Shown piece after piece: positions 32,432 through 39,002 of a DNA stretch of 39,002 bases. The notes below the pieces were generated by a model that made no database searches, was not told where the DNA came from, and worked only from the letters and a program-made list of their open reading frames with translations. Numbering within the stretch: the stretch's first letter is position 1; every line of letters begins with the position of its first letter. Location: positions 1 to 39,002 of IMG/VR virus record IMGVR_UViG_3300016467_000609; one strand, 5' to 3'. This DNA is from a virus (taxonomy: Duplodnaviria; Caudoviricetes). A program made the translations under genes and the position numbers.

Positions 32432-33304
32432 ATGGCATCAAGTACCAAAAACGTGAAACTTGGCGTTTGCCAGGTTTTCTTCGACGGCGTTGACCTGGGT
32501 TTCACCCAGGGCGGCGTGGAAGTCACCGTCACCACCGAAACCCACAAGGTCAACATCGACCAGTTCGGTAACACGACCATCAACGAATACATCATGGGCC
32601 GCGAAGTCATGGCCAAGGTGCCGATGGCCGAAACCACGCTGGAAAACCTCGTGACCATCATGCCTGGCGCAACGCTGTCCGCGATCGGCGGCACCGTGGC
32701 CACCGGCACGCTGACCGTTGCCACCCAGCCCGCTGCTGGCGACACCGTCATCGTGAACGGCGCTACCGTGACCTTCCGTACCGCCCTGACCGGCGAAGGC
32801 GCCGAAGCCCTGATCGGCGCGAACGCCGCCGCGACCGCCAGCAACCTGGCTGCCGCTCTGAACGCTTCGACCGACCCCAAGATCGCTCAAGCCTCCTACG
32901 CTGCCGCTTCGGGCACTGTGACCGTCACCTACGGTTCGCAGCTGACCTACGGCGATGCTGGCAAGAAGGGCGTCGAGGGCAACGCCTTCACCCTGGCAAG
33001 CGGCACTGCTGGCGCCAAAGTGACCGTCTCCGGCGCGACGCTGGCTGGCGGCACCGACCCGACCGGCCAGTCCGTGTCCGTGCCGACCGGCGTGGGCAAC
33101 AACCTCCTGGACTTCGCCAAGCAGCTGCGTATCCACCCGGTTGGCAAGCCTCTGTCCGACAAGTCCGAAGACTTCGTGATTCCGCTGGCTGCCACGGCCG
33201 GCGCCATGAACTTCGCGTACAAGCTGGACACCGAGCGCGTGTACAACACCGAGTTCACCGGCTACCCGGACGCAAGCGGCAAGCTGTTCACCGTGGGGGC
33301 TTAA
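32432..33304 (+). CDS. Major tail (tube) protein with internal Ala/Thr-rich insertion domain
   Basis: AAAGGAG RBS; LG.C.V...G.DLG.T.GGVEV; biased codons; upstream of chaperones and TMP. Confidence 0.8.
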   Translation: MASSTKNVKLGVCQVFFDGVDLGFTQGGVEVTVTTETHKVNIDQFGNTTINEYIMGREVMAKVPMAETTLENLVTIMPGATLSAIGGTVATGTLTVATQPAAGDTVIVNGATVTFRTALTGEGAEALIGANAAATASNLAAALNASTDPKIAQASYAAASGTVTVTYGSQLTYGDAGKKGVEGNAFTLASGTAGAKVTVSGATLAGGTDPTGQSVSVPTGVGNNLLDFAKQLRIHPVGKPLSDKSEDFVIPLAATAGAMNFAYKLDTERVYNTEFTGYPDASGKLFTVGA

Positions 33305-33337
33305 GCTCTTTCACAACTGACTGAAGTCGTATAGAAT

Positions 33338-33368
33338 AAGCCTCGCCAAGTGCGAGGCTTTTCTTTTT
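33338..33368 (+). terminator. Intrinsic terminator after major tail gene
   Basis: AAGCCTCGC-caagt-GCGAGGCTT-TTCTTTTT; preceded by TTTCAC-17-TAGAAT and TTCACAACTGAC. Confidence 0.85.
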
Positions 33369-33387
33369 GCACATTCGAGGAGTGAGA

Positions 33388-33714
33388 ATGACGAAACTTT
33401 TGAATCTGAACCAGCTGGCAGCCAAGGAGGTTCGAGAAGTACAAATCGGCGAGAAGACATACGCCATCAAGGAAATGTCGGTCGAGGACTTCATCGAGAC
33501 GACTCGGGTTGCCGAGGAGATGGAGAAGGAGACCAGCTACGCCAAGCAGATCGAGGCGACGGTGAAGCTCATCAAGCGGGCGATCCCTGAGTTGGACCCC
33601 CAGGCGGTGATGGGACTGTCTCTGGATCAGCTGCGCGCCCTGACGGCGTTCATTCGCGGTGAAGACCCCACGAAGCTCGTCGAAGGCGCTCAGGCTGAAG
33701 CGGGAAACGCATAA
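33388..33714 (+). CDS. Tail assembly chaperone (lambda gpG analogue)
   Basis: GAGGAG RBS; between tail tube and TMP; ends in slippery G GGA AAC. Confidence 0.8.
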   Translation: MTKLLNLNQLAAKEVREVQIGEKTYAIKEMSVEDFIETTRVAEEMEKETSYAKQIEATVKLIKRAIPELDPQAVMGLSLDQLRALTAFIRGEDPTKLVEGAQAEAGNA

Positions 33715-34037
33715 AGGGCGCCGCGCAAGAGGTGGACTTCGGGTTCATCTTCTGCGAGGTCAGCCACTTCTATTCAATGTCCTACCAGGAGGTGATGGCA
33801 ATGCCGATCCGAGCCTTCTGGACGATGAGCGGCAACATTCGCCGCCTGCGAGCCTCGAGTGACTTGCGTGACCTGATGGTCGTGTCGGCAGCCCAAAGCG
33901 CCGACGGATACAAGGAAACACACGAGAGGCTGGTGCTGGAGATCGGAACGGTCTACGTGGGTGACTCGAATCCGATGAATGTCGAACGTGACGAGGCGGG
34001 GTTCAATGAACTGAAGATGATGGCAGCGGCGATGTAA
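33702..34037 (+). CDS. Tail assembly chaperone extension (gpGT analogue) via -1 frameshift
   Basis: GGGAAAC at 33702-33708 in X XXY YYZ register; -1 frame open into ORF 33732..34037. Confidence 0.75.
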   Translation, partial: GKRIKGAAQEVDFGFIFCEVSHFYSMSYQEVMAMPIRAFWTMSGNIRRLRASSDLRDLMVVSAAQSADGYKETHERLVLEIGTVYVGDSNPMNVERDEAGFNELKMMAAAM

Positions 34038-34047
34038 AGGAAGCGAA

Positions 34048-37000
34048 ATGCTGGGTGGTGACATCAAGGTCGTAATGACGCTGGACGACGGCGACTTTAC
34101 GGTCAAGACAATCAAGGCGGGTCGGACGATCCAGGAGCTCAAGCGCTCCATCGACCAGACCTCCAAGTCCACGCAAGCCCTGGAGCAGCACTTCCTCGGC
34201 CTGGGCGGGCGCTTTCGTTCCGTCGTTCAAACCGCATCGCTTCTGCGTTACGCCATGCACGATGTCCACGACATCTTCATGGCTCTGCCTGGCGCGATTC
34301 TGAAGACTTCGGGCGAAGTCGAAAAGCTCACCAAGCTCATGGAAGGCATGAGCAAGGAAACCACGCAGGCGGCGCGTCAAGCCGAGGCGCTGTCGAACGT
34401 GAAGTTCGTCTTTGACCTGGCGCAGCGTGCGCCCTTCGAGGTCAAGACTCTGACCGACGCCTTCGTGAAGCTCAAGTCCGGTGGCCTGGACCCGACCAAT
34501 GGGTCGATGCAGGCTCTGGTCGATTCCGTCGCTCGCTTCGGCGGTTCGTCCGACGCGATGCACCGCGCCTCCATCGCCATTCAGCAGATGGCCGGCAAGG
34601 GCGTGATCTCGATGGAAGAACTGCGTCAGCAGTTGGGCGAAGCCGTTCCGAACGCGATCAACATGATGGCGCAGGGCGCCGGCATGTCGATGCCCAAGTT
34701 CGCGAAGCTCGTGTCCACCGGCACCGTCGAGGCGACGCAGGCCCTGAACAATATGTTCTCCGTCATGCGGTTCCAGAACGACGGTGCCGCCGAGGCGATG
34801 ATGAACTCGTGGACGGGCATGCTGGCCCTTCTGAAGACGAAGTTCGACCTCTTCAAGCTGGAAGCCGGCAAGAGCCAGTTCTTCGAGGAGTCGAAGAATC
34901 AGCTGCAAGACCTGATTGATATGTTCGGCACGGCCCAGGCCAAGCGATTCGCCAATGATCTGGGCGAAGGGCTGGCGCAACTGGTCCGCGTGTTGCGAAC
35001 AGCCGTCGAGACGATGATCCAATGGGCCGACACGATCAAGCTCGCCGGCCAGGCGTTCGTCGCTTACTTCGTCGCGAACCGCTTCATCGACGCTTTCAAG
35101 GCGATCAAGGGCTCGATCGACGGCATCGTTCAGAAGTACCAGGACGACATCAATGCCAAGCGCAAGGCGCTGATCGACAAGCAGACGCTGATCGGCAACG
35201 AAATCGCGGCGGAAGAAGCCGCATTCGCCCGCAAGCAGGCTCAGTGGGCTCGTGAGCAGGCCGCCCTCGAGAAGAAAGATGCCGCCGAGCGTGCTGCGGC
35301 CGTCAAGAGCCTGGAGCGTGAGCGCAAGGCAACTGCCGACGAGATCAGCGCTCGAGTGGCTCGCTACAACGAGCTGAATCGTCTGCAGCAGCAGTTCCTC
35401 GCGCAGCAGATGGCGGCTGAGCTGGCCGCTGAAGCAGCCATGCGCCAGAAGAAGGCCGGCTCGAGTGCCGCCGCTCGTGCGTCGATGGCTGAAGCGGGTC
35501 GCCTGGGCAATAACGCTTCGGTCGTGGCGGATAACCTGTCCACCATTCAGGGCGAGATTAACGCGCTCAAGCAGCGCGAAGCTGCGATTCTCGCAAACAT
35601 CAACGCCCAGCGTACCGCCAACATGGTGTCCGCGCAGTCGAACGCGACCGCAGCGGAGGCCGCTTCACACGCTCGCACGATCGCTGGCCTCATGTCTCAG
35701 AAGGCCCAAGCCGCTATCGGTGCGGCCAACGGCATCAGCCTGATGACGCGCGTGATGGCCGGCGCAAAGATCATCTTCGACGCATTCGGTGGCTGGGTGG
35801 GCCTCGCAATCGGCGTTCTCGTGACTCTGGGGCAAAAGCTCTGGGAGTACATGAACCGCTGGGAGGAGTTCAAGAAGATCGTCGATCGGACGAAGCAGGG
35901 CATCGCTTCGACCGAGGACATGGAGAGCGCGAAAGCTCGAGCTGATGAGGCGACCCGGTCCATCAAGACGCTTCAGACCATTCTGGAGACGCTTGACAAG
36001 GATGGCCTGAACGCTCCGCGCTCAATCAGCCGCGCTCTGGGCGCAGGCTTCCGTGATGCTCGAGGCGGCGCGGATGTGGCTGCCTATCGCGCCTCGATCG
36101 AGGCTCAGCTCAAGGAAAAGCGCGCCATTCTCGAGACGGCGACCTTTCAGTTCAGCGAGCAAAAGCGCCTGCTGGATGAAGATGCCGTCGCGAAAGACCT
36201 GTCGCAGTTCCAGCGCACCTTCCGTCGTGAGACGCAAGGCCGTGTGGATGAGCTGCGCAACCAGTCGGCCGAACTCGACAAGGCTGAGAAGGATGCGATC
36301 GACGCTGCATCTCGTCGCGCCGAAGCATCGGGTCGCAAGATCACCGAGAGCGAGCGCGAGGCCATCTCCAAGCAGTTCATCGACAAGCGCAATGCGCTGG
36401 TGAAGGCTCGTGAGCAGTATCTGCTGGACTTCGCCCTGGGCAAGAAGCGCGAGATCGACGAGGCAATCGCTGCCGCGAAAGACCCGCGCCAGAAGCAAAT
36501 CCTGGAAGCTCAGCGCCAGTTCGTCAACGATCAGGTGCGTGCCGCTGCGGACGCTCTGAAAGCATCGGAAGGTCTGGGCAAGATCGGTCTTGCCGCGAAA
36601 GACCCGAAGAAAACGCTCAAGGAAAGCCCCATTATTCGGCTCGCCGAGCAGCTGGAAGGTGAAGTTGCCGCAGCGAAAGCCAAGCTCGCCGCCACGCTCA
36701 GTGACGCTCGCGATCTGAACAGCCTGAAGCAGCAAGTGATGTTCGAGGCGCTGGGCGATCTCGCGGCCGGCAAGTTCGACGAGCGCGTGCAGAACGCCGA
36801 AGGCGAGATGGTGCCGACTCGCATGGGCGGCGAGAAAGAGCGCAAGGAGTTCGTCAACCGCTTCCGCGCCTTTATCGCCGAAGGCAAGACGGACATCAAC
36901 GCCTTCATCGACAGCCTGGGCTCCCTGAAGGAGAAAGCCCAGTTCAAGGACATCGTCGGCAAGATGATCGACAAGAAGAGCGTGGATGATTCCATCAACG

Positions 37001-38370
37001 CCCTCAATTCGATCAAGCAGGTCGGCATCGACACGGCCGACGCTCTCACTCGCTCGGCCGAGGAATTCGTCAGTCGCGGTCTGGTGAAGGAAAACAGCTT
37101 CCTGGACGAAACGGTCAAGCGGATCAAGAAGCTGGAGACGACCGTCACCCAGGGCACGGAAGCGTATCGGATGTTCATCCAGATGCGCGACAAGGCGCTG
37201 CTGGACGCCAATCAGGTTGACATCAACAAGATGGGTGTCGATTCGTCCAACATGCTGCGCGAAGCTCAAAAGAACGCCCTGAAGGCGACGATGAGCAACG
37301 TCGAATTGCGGAAGTACGAGTACGACGAGGAAATCAAGCGGATCGAGGCGCTGAAGAACCGCCGCGAGGAAGAAACCTGGAACCTGCTGGCGACGACCGA
37401 CATGACCACGCAGCAGTTCCTGCAGCAGATGTCGATCATCGACACCTCGTCGCAGGAGATGCGCCAGGCTGCGTTGCTGAACTTCCGCACCAACTCTCGC
37501 ACCCAGCTGCAGGCGCTGGCTGACGAGTGGGCCAAGGCAACTCAGGCGATGGACGCCGCAACTGCGCGCTGGGCGAGCTCCTTCACGGACCGTCTGGTGG
37601 ACATGCTGTCGGGTGGCTCGTTCAAGTTCAAGGAGTTCGCGGCCGGCATTGCTCGCGACATGCTCGGCATTGTCATCAAGAAGGGCTTCGGCGACATGAT
37701 TACCGGCGCCTTCGGATCGTTCGGCAGCAAGATGACCGAAGTCCTGGGCCTGGGCGGTGCTGCGGGCGCTGGTGGCCAGGCCGCTCAAACGGCTGCGGTG
37801 ACTTCGGCCATGACCACAATGACCGCCGATGTGACGCTGGGCATGACGACCATGACAACCGACATGGCGCTTGGAATGACGACCATGACGACCGAGGCGT
37901 CGTTCGCCTTCACCACCATGGCAACCGAGACGAGCTTTGCCATGCTCGAGATGGCCACGGCCGTCACCACTGCGATGGCCACCATGAGCGCAACCAGCGG
38001 CGGCGAAGGCATCATGTCTTGGTTCTCCGCCAACGGCAACGTCATGACCGGCTCGGGTCCGATGCCGCTGAAGAAGTACGCCATGGGTGGCATTGCACGC
38101 TCCCCGCAGCTGTCCATCTTTGGCGAGGGTTCGATGCCTGAAGCCTACGTTCCGCTGCCGGACGGTCGCACCATTCCCGTCACCATGACCGGCGCGGGCG
38201 GCGGCAGCAACGTGGTCATCAGTATCACAGTGAACAACGACGGCTCCGGCTCGACCGACGCTCAGGGCGATAACGTCGAAACCTGGCGCGAGATGGCCTC
38301 TCGCGTGCGCGGCGTCGTCATGGAGGAGCTGGTGTCCCAGCAGCGTCCTGGCGGCATCCTCTACCGATAA
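34048..38370 (+). CDS. Tape measure protein (1440 aa)
   Basis: N-terminal tape-measure domain (QQMAGKGVISMEELRQQLGE), Ala-rich helices, C-terminal YA.GGI...FGEG..PEAYVPL. Confidence 0.92.
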   Translation: MLGGDIKVVMTLDDGDFTVKTIKAGRTIQELKRSIDQTSKSTQALEQHFLGLGGRFRSVVQTASLLRYAMHDVHDIFMALPGAILKTSGEVEKLTKLMEGMSKETTQAARQAEALSNVKFVFDLAQRAPFEVKTLTDAFVKLKSGGLDPTNGSMQALVDSVARFGGSSDAMHRASIAIQQMAGKGVISMEELRQQLGEAVPNAINMMAQGAGMSMPKFAKLVSTGTVEATQALNNMFSVMRFQNDGAAEAMMNSWTGMLALLKTKFDLFKLEAGKSQFFEESKNQLQDLIDMFGTAQAKRFANDLGEGLAQLVRVLRTAVETMIQWADTIKLAGQAFVAYFVANRFIDAFKAIKGSIDGIVQKYQDDINAKRKALIDKQTLIGNEIAAEEAAFARKQAQWAREQAALEKKDAAERAAAVKSLERERKATADEISARVARYNELNRLQQQFLAQQMAAELAAEAAMRQKKAGSSAAARASMAEAGRLGNNASVVADNLSTIQGEINALKQREAAILANINAQRTANMVSAQSNATAAEAASHARTIAGLMSQKAQAAIGAANGISLMTRVMAGAKIIFDAFGGWVGLAIGVLVTLGQKLWEYMNRWEEFKKIVDRTKQGIASTEDMESAKARADEATRSIKTLQTILETLDKDGLNAPRSISRALGAGFRDARGGADVAAYRASIEAQLKEKRAILETATFQFSEQKRLLDEDAVAKDLSQFQRTFRRETQGRVDELRNQSAELDKAEKDAIDAASRRAEASGRKITESEREAISKQFIDKRNALVKAREQYLLDFALGKKREIDEAIAAAKDPRQKQILEAQRQFVNDQVRAAADALKASEGLGKIGLAAKDPKKTLKESPIIRLAEQLEGEVAAAKAKLAATLSDARDLNSLKQQVMFEALGDLAAGKFDERVQNAEGEMVPTRMGGEKERKEFVNRFRAFIAEGKTDINAFIDSLGSLKEKAQFKDIVGKMIDKKSVDDSINALNSIKQVGIDTADALTRSAEEFVSRGLVKENSFLDETVKRIKKLETTVTQGTEAYRMFIQMRDKALLDANQVDINKMGVDSSNMLREAQKNALKATMSNVELRKYEYDEEIKRIEALKNRREEETWNLLATTDMTTQQFLQQMSIIDTSSQEMRQAALLNFRTNSRTQLQALADEWAKATQAMDAATARWASSFTDRLVDMLSGGSFKFKEFAAGIARDMLGIVIKKGFGDMITGAFGSFGSKMTEVLGLGGAAGAGGQAAQTAAVTSAMTTMTADVTLGMTTMTTDMALGMTTMTTEASFAFTTMATETSFAMLEMATAVTTAMATMSATSGGEGIMSWFSANGNVMTGSGPMPLKKYAMGGIARSPQLSIFGEGSMPEAYVPLPDGRTIPVTMTGAGGGSNVVISITVNNDGSGSTDAQGDNVETWREMASRVRGVVMEELVSQQRPGGILYR

Positions 38371-38385
38371 GTCACGGATGACACA

Positions 38386-38721
38386 ATGACACGACCGACA
38401 TTCACATGGCACCCCGAGTGGGACTCGCAGCTGTCCGAAGAGCCGGACATCACCGTCACGAAGTTTGGAGACGGTTACGAGCTGCGCGTCCCGAAGGGCA
38501 TCAACAACCGTCCCGAGAAGTGGAGCCTCACGTTCTCGCGCACGACTCAGCAATTTCCGGATGTGCTGACGTTCGTCCGCGCTCGCAACGGCGTGGAGAG
38601 CTTCTACTGGACGACCCCTCTGGGCGAAACCAAGGTGTTCGTATGCCGCTCGTGGCGTCTGTCGCGAAAGCAGGGGCACAACGCCATCTCGCTGGAGTTT
38701 GAACAGGTGTTTGAAGCATGA
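38386..38721 (+). CDS. Distal tail protein (lambda gpM-like)
   Basis: TF.W.P...KFGDGYE.R...GIN...W.L.F...F.W..P...FEQVF. Confidence 0.88.
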   Translation: MTRPTFTWHPEWDSQLSEEPDITVTKFGDGYELRVPKGINNRPEKWSLTFSRTTQQFPDVLTFVRARNGVESFYWTTPLGETKVFVCRSWRLSRKQGHNAISLEFEQVFEA

Positions 38722-39002
38722 GCGTTCGCCAAGAGATTCAATCCCTGGCGCCCTCGGCGCTGCTGGAGTTCTTCATCCTCGACACGACGAACATGGCGGG
38801 CGGTTCGGTCATGCGGTTCCATGCCGGCACCAACGGACTGTCGCAGCCGGTGATCTGGCAAGGTCAGACGTACGAGCCGCTGCCGATCGAAGCAACCGGG
38901 TTCGATGTGACGACCAAGGGCTCCGCGCCGCGTCCGAAGATCAAGGTGGCCAACGTCAACGGCCTGTTGTCGGCATCGGTGAAGTCGTTCAACGACTTCG
39001 TT
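38718..39002 (+). CDS. Minor tail protein (lambda gpL-like), 3' truncated
   Basis: MSVRQEIQSLAPSALLEFF..D...RFHAGTN....VIWQG.TYEP.PIEATGF......APRPK..VAN. Confidence 0.88.
   Translation, partial: MSVRQEIQSLAPSALLEFFILDTTNMAGGSVMRFHAGTNGLSQPVIWQGQTYEPLPIEATGFDVTTKGSAPRPKIKVANVNGLLSASVKSFNDFV

Noticed and set aside
36022-38679. 885-aa minus-strand ORF and similar long antisense ORFs (e.g. 23942..25084, 25175..26326, 4303..5409)
   Set aside because: Shadow ORFs of GC-rich, codon-biased plus-strand genes; no motifs or RBS
1-39002. tRNA/rRNA genes, integrase, transposase, reverse transcriptase/DGR
   Set aside because: No cloverleaf or T-loop motif, recombinase, DDE or RT motif, or adenine-variant repeat pair recognised by eye; tRNAscan-SE/HMM search would be needed to exclude them

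Overview
A 39-kb segment of a GC-rich, long-tailed (siphovirus-type) temperate phage or phage-plasmid, probably from a betaproteobacterial host. From memory, the gene set resembles SSU5/pHCM2-like phage-plasmids; this was not verified by search. Layout: (i) 1-10.6 kb, a rightward run of small accessory genes behind a family of related promoters; (ii) 10.6-13.8 kb, a mostly non-coding, repeat-structured region where left and right transcription converge, with phased TATAAG/CCATGG arrays, palindromes, an AT-rich gene and a candidate cos-like site; (iii) 13.8-18.2 kb, leftward genes including a SLOG/DUF2493 protein, a ribbon-helix-helix protein and an SF2 helicase; (iv) 18.2-23.2 kb, an operon of two ParB-like proteins, an HExxH protein, a stand-alone ABC ATPase, thioredoxin, membrane proteins, a GNAT acetyltransferase and a wHTH protein just upstream of the terminase, a candidate DNA-modification system; (v) 23.2-39 kb, TerS, TerL, portal, scaffold, capsid, head-tail, tail, chaperone with -1 frameshift, tape measure and gpM/gpL-like genes. 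A palindromic motif GTCA-N4-TGAC recurs about 20 times, nearly always at gene junctions and often overlapping sigma70-like promoters. All family calls come from motif recognition by eye.
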